The notes: a model not told the origin generated them from the sequence alone. A stretch of 64,000 nt of DNA from an uncultured delta proteobacterium (GCA_963775425.1 CAVZJB010000011.1:416001-480000); one strand, 5' to 3'. Shown: positions 39,683 to 50,948, counted from the stretch's first letter. Translations and numbers: made by a program.

Positions 39683-41467
39683 TCACGGGCACTGATCGAG
39701 GCACCAGTCGACGTCGCCGTCGAGCGCCTTCAGCTCCTCCGCCGACATCGTGCTGAGCTGCGCCGCGCGCCGCAGCACGGAGCCGGCGCACGTCGGAGCG
39801 GGGCGGCACGCGCGCAGGGCGCGCACCCGGTCGCCGAAGAGCACGGGGCGCTCGTGCGGGTGCGGCGGGTTGTCCGGCGCCGGCCGCGCGTGGTGCACGT
39901 GGTGTCGCACGTGCTCGACCGGGGCGGGCGTCGCGCTGCCGGCGTCGGCGAGGGGCATCCCGCCGGTGCCGCCGTCGCTGCTCGCGGCGAGGGCGGTGGC
40001 ATCGGGGGCGGTGGCGTCGGGGGCGGTGCCGTCGGGGGCGGTCGCGTCGGGGTTCGGGGTGCCGGCGGGAACGACGCCGGGGGTGTCGACGCCGGTGGGG
40101 CCGGCGGCGTCGGGGGGGACGGCGGGAACGTACGGCGCCGGCCGCGCGACGACGGCGGGGGGGCGCAGGGCGACGATGGCGGCCGCGGTGACCGTGCACG
40201 TGGCGAGGACGGCGGCGGCAACGGTGGCGATGGGCGTGAACGCGCGGCGCCGCGGGATGGGGGCGGGCGCGCTGTGGGTCACCGTCGTCGTCGGAATCGA
40301 CACGGGCTTTTGCAGCGCGCGCATGCGGCGGACGGGCTGCTCGATGGTCTGGACGGCGTCGTCGTCGGCGGACTCGTCGTCGTCGACCATGTGCACGCCG
40401 ACGATCTGCGACGCCGTCACCGCGTCGGCGTCGAACGCGAACGTGCCCTTGACCGGCGTGTCCTCGACGGCGGTGCGCGCCCACAGGGCAGCCGCGTGGA
40501 ACGACGTGGGCTCCTGCAACAAGAGCGCATGCGCGCGGCGCTCCTCCTCCTCCTCGCCGCCGAACAAGTCGGTGAGGAGCTGCCGCAGCGCCTCGGAGGA
40601 CCCGCGCGTCGTCGACGCCGCGAGCACGGACTCCTTGAGCTCCTGCGCCGTGGGCCGCTGCGCGCGGTCGACGGCGAGGCCCTTCTTCAAGGCGTGGCGC
40701 AGCGGCTTCGGCAACTCGAGCAGCGCCGGTGGCCGCGGCTTGGTGCCCGAAGCGACGTGAACGAAGATGGCCTCGAGCGGCTTGTCGCCCCAGAACATCC
40801 GCCCCGACAGGAGCTCCGTGGCGACGATGGACGCCGCCCAGACGTCGGTGGCGGCATCGACGGGCTCCGCGCGCGCCTGCTCCGGCGACATGTAGCGGAC
40901 CTTGCCGATGGCCTGGCCCGCTTGCGTGAGCTCGCGCTTCACCGTTGACCGCGCGATGCCGAAGTCGATGAGCTTCACCTCGCCCGCGAAGCTCACCATG
41001 ACGTTGTGCGGGCTGATGTCCCGGTGGACGATCTTCAGCGGCTCGAGGCTGCGCGGGTGGCGCGCCTGGTGGACGAACGAGAGCGCGTCGAGGAGCTCGC
41101 TGATGATGTAGAGCGCCGCCTCCTCGGGGATGCGCACGCCCTGGCGCTTTGCTTTGCGCAGCACCGACTGCAGGTCGCGGCCGGCGACGTGCTCGACGGC
41201 CATGTAGGCGGTGCCCTCGGCGCGGCCGACGTCGATGACCGAGGCGATGTTTCTGTGCGTGAGGAACGACGTGGTGCGCGCCTCGTCGAGGAAGCGCAGC
41301 AGGAGCGTGTCGTCGGCGCCGAAGCTGCCGCGCACCGTCTTGACGACGCAGAGGCGCTCTCCTTCGCCGAGCTTCTGGTGGGCGAGGTACACGTCGCCCA
41401 TTCCCCCCGACGCGAGATGCCGGAGCAGCAGAAAGGGCCCAAGGGGGCGGGGGAGCTCGATCGACAT
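39683..41467 (-). CDS. Membrane Ser/Thr protein kinase
   Basis: LASGGMGDVY, VVKTV, HRDISPHN, DFGIA, GKVRYMSPE; TM; C-terminal 4-Cys domain. Confidence 0.9.
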   Translation of the reverse strand: MSIELPRPLGPFLLLRHLASGGMGDVYLAHQKLGEGERLCVVKTVRGSFGADDTLLLRFLDEARTTSFLTHRNIASVIDVGRAEGTAYMAVEHVAGRDLQSVLRKAKRQGVRIPEEAALYIISELLDALSFVHQARHPRSLEPLKIVHRDISPHNVMVSFAGEVKLIDFGIARSTVKRELTQAGQAIGKVRYMSPEQARAEPVDAATDVWAASIVATELLSGRMFWGDKPLEAIFVHVASGTKPRPPALLELPKPLRHALKKGLAVDRAQRPTAQELKESVLAASTTRGSSEALRQLLTDLFGGEEEEERRAHALLLQEPTSFHAAALWARTAVEDTPVKGTFAFDADAVTASQIVGVHMVDDDESADDDAVQTIEQPVRRMRALQKPVSIPTTTVTHSAPAPIPRRRAFTPIATVAAAVLATCTVTAAAIVALRPPAVVARPAPYVPAVPPDAAGPTGVDTPGVVPAGTPNPDATAPDGTAPDATAPDATALAASSDGGTGGMPLADAGSATPAPVEHVRHHVHHARPAPDNPPHPHERPVLFGDRVRALRACRPAPTCAGSVLRRAAQLSTMSAEELKALDGDVDWCLDQCP

Positions 41468-41600
41468 CGGCGCTGCTACGAAGATAGCGCGTCGGCGTCT
41501 CGTACATCGCCGCAGGACCGCGGCGGAGATCCTCCCGACGTCCGGTGCCGGCCGGCAACGGGATCCGCGCCGGCGCCGCGTGTAGCATGAGGCGCCGGCC

Positions 41601-42470
41601 ATGTTGGCGACGACCCTGACCCTGACCGCGCTCCTCGCTGCGAAGACCGTGGCCGTCGTCGACCTGTCGTCGCCGAAGTCGCCGGCGGTGGCCGAGGCTT
41701 TCCGCAAGATCCCGCCGCTCAAGTCCGTGGCCATGCCCACCGGTCGCACCAACGCCGCCGTCAACGACGCCGAGAGCCTCGGGCTCATCTGTAGCGTCGA
41801 CGACGGGCCGTGCCTCGAGAAGCTCATGGTGCTCATCCGCGTCGACGAGATCGTGGCGTTTTCGGCGGCGGCCTCGACGGTGGCGGTGGTGCACGTGATG
41901 GGGCAGGGCAAGGCCCGCCGCGCCCGCGTCAAGGCCAGGTTCTCCCCGGCGGCGACGGCGAAGGCCGCCTGGGCCGCCCTCTCCGCCCCCGAGGCGCCCG
42001 ACGCGCACGGCGACAAGGGGCCCGGTGACGACGGCCACAAGGGGGGGACCGGCGACGGGCCCGGCGACAAGGGGATCGGCGACAACGGGCCCGGCGACAA
42101 CGGGCCCGGCGACACGGGCGGCGACAAGGGGATCGGCGACAAGGGGATCGGCGACAAGGGGATCGGCGACAAGGGGATCGGCGACAAGGGCGGCGACAAG
42201 GGGCCCGGCGACACCGGCGGCGAAGGGGGCGTGTCCCCCGCGCTCGCCGTCGCCATCGGGGGCGGCGCGCTCGGCGTCGCGTGCGGCGCGGCGACCATCG
42301 GGCTCTACGCGGACCTCGCGCGGCAGGCGAACGCGGCCAACGAGGGCACGGCGCCGCTGCCCGAGAGCTTCGAGACCACCGCAGGAATCACGTGGGCGCT
42401 CGCCGGGTGCACGGCGGTGTCCGGCACCGCGGCGATCATCGGCGCGGTGCTGGCGGCGACGGCGCCGTAG
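41601..42470 (+). CDS. Secreted partner-family protein with GDKG(I/P) pentapeptide repeats and C-terminal hydrophobic hairpin
   Basis: Signal peptide; KTVAVVDL; CSVDDGPCLEKL..IRVDEIV; two C-terminal hydrophobic segments. Confidence 0.6.
   Translation: MLATTLTLTALLAAKTVAVVDLSSPKSPAVAEAFRKIPPLKSVAMPTGRTNAAVNDAESLGLICSVDDGPCLEKLMVLIRVDEIVAFSAAASTVAVVHVMGQGKARRARVKARFSPAATAKAAWAALSAPEAPDAHGDKGPGDDGHKGGTGDGPGDKGIGDNGPGDNGPGDTGGDKGIGDKGIGDKGIGDKGIGDKGGDKGPGDTGGEGGVSPALAVAIGGGALGVACGAATIGLYADLARQANAANEGTAPLPESFETTAGITWALAGCTAVSGTAAIIGAVLAATAP
42008..42220 (+). repeat. Coding 15-bp tandem repeat (GGCGACAAGGGGATC and variants)
   Basis: Four consecutive perfect GGCGACAAGGGGATC copies (42120-42179) flanked by GDNGP/GDKGP variants. 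Confidence 0.85.
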
Positions 42471-42475
42471 GCCCT

Positions 42476-43051
42476 TCAGGCCTCGTCGGGCTCGCTCGCC
42501 TCTTCTTCTTCTTCGGCGGGCGCCTCGGCCTCGGCCTCGGCGTCGGCGTCGGCGGCGGCCTCGGGCTCCTCCTCGGCGGCTGCGGGCTCGGGCTCGACCT
42601 CCGCGGCGACGATGACCTTCACCTGCGCGGCGACGTCGGCCTCGAGGCGCACGTCGACGGTGTGCACGCCGAGGGTCTTGATGGGCTCCGCGAGCTTGAT
42701 GTCGCGGTGGTGGATGTTGTGGCCGATGGCGTTGAGCGCCTTGGAGATGTCGCGGCTGGTGATGGAGCCGAAGAGCTTGTTCTGCTCGCCGATCTTGGCG
42801 GTGATGGTCACCTGCACCTGCGCCATGTCTTTCGCCTTCTTCTCGCTCTCGCTGCGGAGCAGGCGGCGCTTGTGCTCGATGACCTTCTTCTGGTGCTCGA
42901 AGAAGGTGACGCGCTTGGGCGAAGCGGGGAGAGCGAGGCCCTGGGGGACGAGGTAGTTGCGCGCGTATCCGGGGCGCACGTTGACGAGCTCACCGACGCG
43001 GCCGAGGTTGGGCACGTCGCGGGCGAGGATCACGGGAACATTCTGGGCCAT
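42476..43051 (-). CDS. rplI: 50S ribosomal protein L9
   Basis: VILARDVPNLGRVGELVNVRPGYARNYLVPQG, KLFGSITSRDI, PIKTLG. Confidence 0.95.
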   Translation of the reverse strand: MAQNVPVILARDVPNLGRVGELVNVRPGYARNYLVPQGLALPASPKRVTFFEHQKKVIEHKRRLLRSESEKKAKDMAQVQVTITAKIGEQNKLFGSITSRDISKALNAIGHNIHHRDIKLAEPIKTLGVHTVDVRLEADVAAQVKVIVAAEVEPEPAAAEEEPEAAADADAEAEAEAPAEEEEEASEPDEA

Positions 43052-43138
43052 GTGTCTCTCCTGTGCCGCGCGCTCCGAAACGGAGAGCCGCGGCGAATGA
43101 CGCTGCGTACGCAGCGCCGGAATGATGAACGGGCGCGA

Positions 43139-43657
43139 CTACTCGCGGTCGCGGAAGTCGTCGTGGCTGTCGTCGTCGCCGCCGCCGCCGCGGTGGCCGC
43201 CGCCGCCGAACTCGCGGTCGTAGCGGTCGTAGCCGTAGCGGTCCTCGTTGTCGTCGTCGAAGCCGCGGCGCTCGCGCTTCTCTTCGCGCTCCTTGACGAC
43301 GGGGGGCTGCAGCACGTCTTCCTCGGCCTCCTTGGAGGCGGGGTCCACGCTCGGATCGATGAGCACCGTCTGGCGCAACATGATCGTCTCCTCGATGGCG
43401 AGGGTGCGCTCGTACTCGGCGACGATGCCGGGCTTTCCGAGGTAGCGGTGGTGGACGAACATGCCCTTCTGCTGCTTCTGGCGCTCCCAGGCGAGCTTGC
43501 GGCGGCCCCAGTTCGTGATCTTGAGGTGCTTGCCGCCTTCGCGCTCGACGATGCCCTTCATCTTGGTGATGAAGGCGATGGCGGCGGTGTCTTCGACATC
43601 GGGCTTGATGACGTAGATGGTTTCGTATTCACGCAGGTGGGCGGCGGAAAGGGACAC
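43139..43657 (-). CDS. rpsF: 30S ribosomal protein S6 with long charged C-tail
   Basis: REYETIYVIKPD, WGRRKLAW, ERTLAIEETIMLR; GTG start inferred. Confidence 0.9.
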   Translation of the reverse strand: MSLSAAHLREYETIYVIKPDVEDTAAIAFITKMKGIVEREGGKHLKITNWGRRKLAWERQKQQKGMFVHHRYLGKPGIVAEYERTLAIEETIMLRQTVLIDPSVDPASKEAEEDVLQPPVVKEREEKRERRGFDDDNEDRYGYDRYDREFGGGGHRGGGGDDDSHDDFRDRE

Positions 43658-43883
43658 GACGAACCTCGAAAATGAGATCGAGGCACATAGCACCCCGCGC
43701 GGCCCTGGCAAGGCGCTTCTGCCGTCCCGGGGCCGTCCCGGGGCGGGGGGGCCGGTTCGAGGGGCCGTCGGTCATGCGCCCGTCGCCGCTTCACCGGATG
43801 CGAGAAAGCAGCTCCCATCGGCCAGCGGGTCGAAACGCAGATGAGCGGATCACACCGACACAGACATACGTGGAGGTGCTCCG

Positions 43884-44825
43884 ATGACGGCGATCGAGGT
43901 CGACACGTGCAAGCCCAGGCCCGCCGCCTTGACGGCGTCGGCGGCGAAGCAAGCGGAAGCGAAGGCCCCGCCCTCGTCCGACGCGGCCGCGCGGGCCAGC
44001 GAGGCCGCCCACGCCCTGTGGGCCTCGCACGCGCCGGCGGCGTCGCGCTCGGCGCCGCCGCTTCCGCGCGCCGCCGCGCGGCCGTCGTCGTCGAAGCTCG
44101 ACACGCTCCTGGCGGCGCACCCGGAGATCAAGACCAACCAGGACCTCATCAACCACTGCTACCGAGACGGCGGCGGGACCTGGGACGGGGCCTCGAAGGT
44201 CGCCAGGCGAAGCGGCGTCACGCTCAACGAGCTCGTGAAGGATCGCCACGGCGACGTCGCGACGACGGCGTCGCGGCACCGGACGACGCAGCCGGAGCGG
44301 CCGCCGGCCTCCGGGCCGGCGCGCACGGAGGCGCCGTCGGCGCCGTCGGCACCGTCGGCACCGTCGGCACCGGAGCACGCGGGCACTGCGCGCGAGGTCC
44401 GGCCGTACCGGCCCGTCGACGTGCAGAAGCTCCAGGACGCGTTGCCGCCGCAGGCGAAGGCCCTGGCGCAGACGTTCGCCGACGCGGGCAAGAAGTACGG
44501 GGTCGATCCGGTCGTGCTCGCGGCCATCGCGAAGCACGAGACGGGCAACTTCACGTCGAGCGCGTTTCGCAACAAGCACAACGCCATGGGCGTGTCCGGC
44601 AGCGGCGGACCCAAGCGCTTCGCGGACGCCGCAAAGAGCATCGACCAGATGGCGCGGCTCCTCGGCTCGACGACGTCGGGCCCCTACCGGGGCTGCCGCA
44701 CCGTCGCCGACGTCGGCCGCGTCTACGCCCCCGTCGGCGCGGGCAACGACCCGCACCGCCTCAACGGCGGCTGGCCCGCCGGCGTCGCCCGCTACGCCGA
44801 CGAGCTCGCCGCCCGGGTGCGCTGA
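43884..44825 (+). CDS. Lysozyme-like/glucosaminidase (GH73-like) domain protein without signal peptide
   Basis: GGAGG RBS; AGKKYGVDPVVLAAIAKHETG, NKHNAMG, VGRVYAPVGAGNDP..LNGGW. Confidence 0.7.
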   Translation: MTAIEVDTCKPRPAALTASAAKQAEAKAPPSSDAAARASEAAHALWASHAPAASRSAPPLPRAAARPSSSKLDTLLAAHPEIKTNQDLINHCYRDGGGTWDGASKVARRSGVTLNELVKDRHGDVATTASRHRTTQPERPPASGPARTEAPSAPSAPSAPSAPEHAGTAREVRPYRPVDVQKLQDALPPQAKALAQTFADAGKKYGVDPVVLAAIAKHETGNFTSSAFRNKHNAMGVSGSGGPKRFADAAKSIDQMARLLGSTTSGPYRGCRTVADVGRVYAPVGAGNDPHRLNGGWPAGVARYADELAARVR

Positions 44826-44918
44826 CGAGCGGCGTCGCGAGCGCCGGCCGGCCCCCCCGCACCCGTTGTGACGCGGCGCATCGTGAGCCGGGGCGCGGGG
44901 CATGTAAAAGGAGCGCGG

Positions 44919-45707
44919 ATGCTCGTCGTCGTCGCTGCCGTGCTCGCCGTCGCCGCTCAGGCGCCGCAGCCCGCGTACCGGGTCGGCAGCGCCACCAACC
45001 GCGTGGCCATCCTTCCCGTGCGCTGCGAGCGCGACCTCGACCCGTCCTTGTGCGCCGCCCTCGGCGAGTCCGTCGCCGTCGAGGTCGCGCACGATCCGCG
45101 CCTCGACGTCGTCAGCCCGCGCGACATCGACGTCCTCCTCGGCGCGCAGACCGTCGCCGATCTGTCGAGCTGCGAGCGCGACGACTGCTTCGCGCGCCAG
45201 GACTTCACGCGCATCGACGCCTCGTACCTGCTCGCGCTCGCCGTCGGCCGCATCGGCGACGAAGCGCGGCTCGTGATCCGCGTCGTCGACCTCAAGCGCG
45301 GCGCCGTCATCGATCGCGATCAAGGCTCGGCGCCCGCCCACGACGAGCGCGCCATCGAGCGCGCGTCCCGCGCCCTCGTCATGGGCGTCCTCGTGCGACG
45401 CGGCCTCGCCCAGCCGCCGGTGACCACGCGCGAGGAGCAGGGGCTCGGCGGCGTGTTCTGGGCGGGCCTCGGCTCCACCGTCCTCGGGGCGGCCGCGCTC
45501 GGCGGCGGCGGCTTCCTCGGCGTGCAGGCCTTCACCCAGACGCGCCAGATCACCGATGACGTCGACGCCGGCGCCCTCGGCCGCGCCGGCTTCGACCAGC
45601 AGGCGAGCGCCGCGCGCCAGAGCGCCCTCGGCTCCGACCTCCTCGTCGCCACCGGCGGCGCCCTCGTCGTCGCGGGCGGCGTCATGATGATCGCGGGGGC
45701 CCTGTGA
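44919..45707 (+). CDS. Secreted TolB-N/CsgG/FlgO-like partner-family protein with C-terminal hydrophobic hairpin
   Basis: RVAILPV; SCERDDCFA..RIDASYLLALAVGRIG..RLVIRVVDLKRG; paralogous to 11620-12342. Confidence 0.6.
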   Translation: MLVVVAAVLAVAAQAPQPAYRVGSATNRVAILPVRCERDLDPSLCAALGESVAVEVAHDPRLDVVSPRDIDVLLGAQTVADLSSCERDDCFARQDFTRIDASYLLALAVGRIGDEARLVIRVVDLKRGAVIDRDQGSAPAHDERAIERASRALVMGVLVRRGLAQPPVTTREEQGLGGVFWAGLGSTVLGAAALGGGGFLGVQAFTQTRQITDDVDAGALGRAGFDQQASAARQSALGSDLLVATGGALVVAGGVMMIAGAL

Positions 45708-46948
45708 CGCCCGCCCGCGGCACGCTCGCGGCCGCCGTCGTCGCCGTGGGCGGGGCCTTCCTCGGCGGCGGGTGCTCGCTGTGGGTCGACGGCGAGCTCA
45801 CCGCCGCGTCGTCGAAGATCGGCGACGGTGGCGAGGGCGAAGGCGAGGGTGAAGGCGGGGGCGAGGGGGAAGGCGAGGGAGAGGGCGACACGGATCCCGC
45901 GTGCGAGGACCGCGAGCGCCTCGTCGTCGTCACCAAGGATCCCGAGGATCCGCTGCACGTCTACAGGCTCGTCGCCGGCGGCATCGTGCCGCTCGCGCCC
46001 ACGGGGTTCGTGCCGCCCGACGGCGCGCTCGTCGACGAAAACGGCGACAGCGCCGCCAACATCGAGGGCGCCGCCTTCGAGAAGGACGCCGCGGGCACGC
46101 TGTTCTTCCTCGTCGACAGCAGCCGCTTCTACGCGGTGGACCCGTCGACGCTCCTGCAGCTCGAGGTGCGTACGCCCGAGAAGGCCGTGCGCGCCACCGG
46201 CTTCAGCTCCATCAACGGCGTCACCGCCACCCCGCGCTTCGTCATCGCCGCCGGGCTGTCGGGGCTGGCCGGGCTCGACCGCCAGGGCGCCGTCGCCTCC
46301 GGCACCGTCGACCTCGGCTCCGGCGGGTTTCACAGCGCCGTCACCTTCAAGAACGCCGGCGTCACCTTCGTCGCCGCCAACAGCGAGTCCGGCTACCAGG
46401 TGCTCGCCACCGCCGACGAAAACGGACAGCCCGCGGCCGCCGCCGGCGCCGACGACGACACCCGCTTCGGGAGCTTCGGAGGCTCGCAGGCGCGCCGCGG
46501 CCTCGCGTACGACGCCGTGACCGGCTCGTTGTTGCTCGGCGACGACGACAGCGTCATCGTGCCCAAGGCGCCCGGCTTCGCGCTGCCGCCGGCCACGTCG
46601 GACTACGCGCTGCCGAGCGGCTCGTTCGTCAGCGCGCTCGGCGCGCGCGGCGGCAAGGGCTACGTCGCCACGGAGAGCGGGGACGTGTTCGAGATCGATC
46701 TCGCGCAGGATCCGCCGCAGACGGTGGAGGTGTCGTCGTGGGACACCCTGACGACGGCGGGCATCCCGCAGCAGGTGCTCGTGGGCTGCAAGCGCGTGGT
46801 GCTCGTGGTCGGCGGCTTCGGCGGCCCCACCATCTTCCAGTACGCCCGAGACACGCTCGAGCCGTTCGGCGGCGGGCCCGAGGTGCACGACATCATCGAC
46901 GCCCTCCTCGTCGACAAGGCCGACCTCGCCCTCGCCGGCGATCTCTGA
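45704..46948 (+). CDS. Lipoprotein with (GE)n linker and beta-propeller-like domain
   Basis: FLGGGC lipobox; GEGEGEGEGGGEGEGEGEG; RGLAYDAVTGSLLLG; start overlaps upstream stop (GTGA). Confidence 0.7.
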   Translation: MTPARGTLAAAVVAVGGAFLGGGCSLWVDGELTAASSKIGDGGEGEGEGEGGGEGEGEGEGDTDPACEDRERLVVVTKDPEDPLHVYRLVAGGIVPLAPTGFVPPDGALVDENGDSAANIEGAAFEKDAAGTLFFLVDSSRFYAVDPSTLLQLEVRTPEKAVRATGFSSINGVTATPRFVIAAGLSGLAGLDRQGAVASGTVDLGSGGFHSAVTFKNAGVTFVAANSESGYQVLATADENGQPAAAAGADDDTRFGSFGGSQARRGLAYDAVTGSLLLGDDDSVIVPKAPGFALPPATSDYALPSGSFVSALGARGGKGYVATESGDVFEIDLAQDPPQTVEVSSWDTLTTAGIPQQVLVGCKRVVLVVGGFGGPTIFQYARDTLEPFGGGPEVHDIIDALLVDKADLALAGDL

Positions 46949-46972
46949 GGGCGAGCGGCGGCGTTCAGCCGA

Positions 46973-47530
46973 TCAATTGATCTCGGTGTCGTCGATGCCC
47001 TGGGCGCGCAAGGCGTCGAGCACCTGGGTCTCGCCGGTGCGCTCGTAGCGGTCGACGAGGCCGAGCACGCGCTTGTCGTCGACGGGCTCGCCGAGGCTCA
47101 TGGCGGTGAGGAGCTCGACGAGCTCGCGGAAGCGGTCGGACAGCTCGGCGAACAACGCCGACGACGACGCCGCCGTCGGCCGCATCAGGCCGGCCACGGA
47201 GGCGTAGGCGCTGCCGCCCATGGACACGTAGTACTCGACGCTGTTCACCGCTTCGCTGAAGAAGCCGGTGAGGTAGAGCGACTGATCCCCCATGTGCTTG
47301 TAGATGCGGACGGCCTCGCCGGCCTCCGCGTCCTGCGCGCGCGAGAAGAGATCGGCGAGCACCGGCCGCTCGCCCGGATCGGTGCCCGCGTAGACGTTCT
47401 CGCTCCGGATGAACTCGACGAGCAGGTTCACCAGATAGACCTGCGCCGTTTCACTCACGCGGACGGACGTCTTTTTCATCGCGCTCGTCAGCGCGTCCCG
47501 AAAATACTCACGGCTCGAAGCGACCAGCAT
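46973..47530 (-). CDS. Conserved hypothetical protein divergent from groES
   Basis: [40 protein letters not shown]. Confidence 0.7.
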   Translation of the reverse strand: MLVASSREYFRDALTSAMKKTSVRVSETAQVYLVNLLVEFIRSENVYAGTDPGERPVLADLFSRAQDAEAGEAVRIYKHMGDQSLYLTGFFSEAVNSVEYYVSMGGSAYASVAGLMRPTAASSSALFAELSDRFRELVELLTAMSLGEPVDDKRVLGLVDRYERTGETQVLDALRAQGIDDTEIN

Positions 47531-47593
47531 CCGTTCGGCTCCTTCTCATGCCGATTCTATCAAGCGTGCGGAACCCTGCGAAATCGTGACCCC

Positions 47594-47651
47594 TTGACGG
47601 CTCGCTGCCGGGGGATACGTTCCGCTGGCACTCGGACCGGTCGAGTGCCAA
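47594..47651 (+). promoter_or_regulatory. sigma70-like promoter and CIRCE (HrcA operator) upstream of groES
   Basis: TTGACG (47594) ... TACGTT (47616); CTGGCACTC-N9-GAGTGCCAA at 47625-47651. Confidence 0.85.
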
Positions 47652-47663
47652 CAGGAGTTTTGC

Positions 47664-49620
<1,957 letters not shown>

Positions 49621-49639
49621 CGCCCGCGCTGCGATGAAC

Positions 49640-49674
49640 GAAAGGGCCGTCCTTCGGGGCGGCCCTTTCCTTTT
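49640..49674 (+). terminator. Rho-independent terminator of groESL
   Basis: GAAAGGGCCGTCC-TTCG-GGGCGGCCCTTTC followed by CTTTT. Confidence 0.85.
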
Positions 49675-49747
49675 GGGGCGCGCGCGGACATGCTGGTAAA
49701 ACCGTTGGCACCCCGGACGGGGGTCCCAGGGGAGACGAGGGCAAGCG

Positions 49748-50485
49748 ATGGCGGCGACGAAGAGCTCTGAACGGCGGGACGGGCCGCGCATCGATCTCCG
49801 TCTGCGGGTTCGCTTCGAGGGCGGCGACGCCAAGGGCGAGGCCGAAGCGAGCGACGTCTCTCCCAAGGGCCTCCGGCTCGAGAGCGACAAGCCCGTCGCC
49901 AAGGGCACCCAGCTCAAGCTCCACGTCGACGCCGGCGAGGTCGAGGAGCTGCAGGCCATCGGCGAGGTCACCTGGTGCCGCGAGCGCCCCTCGCCCACCG
50001 GCAAGACCATGTACGACGTCGGCGTCGCCTTCGAGAGCGACTGGCTCGCGCGCGACCGCGGCCCCCTCGGCTCGGCGCTCGCCCGCATCTTCGCCATGAA
50101 CTCCTACGAGCCGGCGCGGAGCTTCGAGCGCACCCCGGTGTCGTTGAAGGCCACCTCGGCCGCGCCGTCTCTCGAGCTCGAGGTCGGCAACGTCTCCATC
50201 GGCGGGATGCAGATCCGCAGCAAGGGCCCGCTCGGCGAGAACCTCAAGGCCGGCACCGGCGTCGTCGTCGACATCGACGCCGAGGGCGGCACCCGCTCCA
50301 TGCGCGGCAAGGTCGCGTGGGTCGCCGGCCAGCGTGCCGGCGAGCTCCCGCCCGCGAGCCCGCGCATGTCGGACTCCTTCGGCGTGGAGTTCCCGGACAT
50401 CAGCCCCGAGGACCGCGCCCTGCTCGAGCGCATCCGCACCGGGCAGACGGACCCCGACAAGATCACGGTCGCCCTCGATATGTAG
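49748..50485 (+). CDS. Tandem PilZ-domain protein
   Basis: RRDGPR + DVSPKG; RSFER + NVSIGG; FGVEF. Confidence 0.8.
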   Translation: MAATKSSERRDGPRIDLRLRVRFEGGDAKGEAEASDVSPKGLRLESDKPVAKGTQLKLHVDAGEVEELQAIGEVTWCRERPSPTGKTMYDVGVAFESDWLARDRGPLGSALARIFAMNSYEPARSFERTPVSLKATSAAPSLELEVGNVSIGGMQIRSKGPLGENLKAGTGVVVDIDAEGGTRSMRGKVAWVAGQRAGELPPASPRMSDSFGVEFPDISPEDRALLERIRTGQTDPDKITVALDM

Positions 50486-50501
50486 CGCCGGTCGCGCCGG
50501 A

Positions 50502-50948
50502 TCAGGCGGGGACGGCGGCGCGTTCGTCGGCGCCCACTTCGGCGGAGCCGTCGACGGTGATGGTGCCGTCGTCGGCGATGGTGACCTTGAAGTGCTGCAG
50601 CGGGTTCGGCGCCGGGCCGTTCAGCACGCTGCCGTCGGGGTTGTAGGCCGAGCCGTGGCAACCGCAGTGGATGGTGCCGTCGGCGTCGACGGTGCCGTCG
50701 GGGCCGCTGGTGTCGCAGCCGAGGTGGGTGCAGATGGCGGTCATCGCGTAGACGCCGCCGGCGTCGCGGCCGACGAGGACGCTGGCCTCGGGGACCTGCT
50801 TGACGTCGCCTTCCGCGAGGTCCGAGACGTTGCCGGCTTCGATGGGACCCGACGGCGGACCCCCACACGCGAGCGGCAGCCCGCCGACCGTCAGGCACCC
50901 CGCCCCCGCTCCCATCACCTTCAAAAACACGCGCCGCGTCGTCGTCAT
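50502..50948 (-). CDS. Tat-exported Rieske [2Fe-2S] protein
   Basis: TTRRVFLK Tat motif; CTHLGC; CGCHGSAY; GPAPNPL. Confidence 0.9.
   Translation of the reverse strand: MTTTRRVFLKVMGAGAGCLTVGGLPLACGGPPSGPIEAGNVSDLAEGDVKQVPEASVLVGRDAGGVYAMTAICTHLGCDTSGPDGTVDADGTIHCGCHGSAYNPDGSVLNGPAPNPLQHFKVTIADDGTITVDGSAEVGADERAAVPA

Noticed and set aside
42060-42220. Possible CRISPR or non-coding repeat array
   Set aside because: In-frame 15-bp coding repeat without unique spacers
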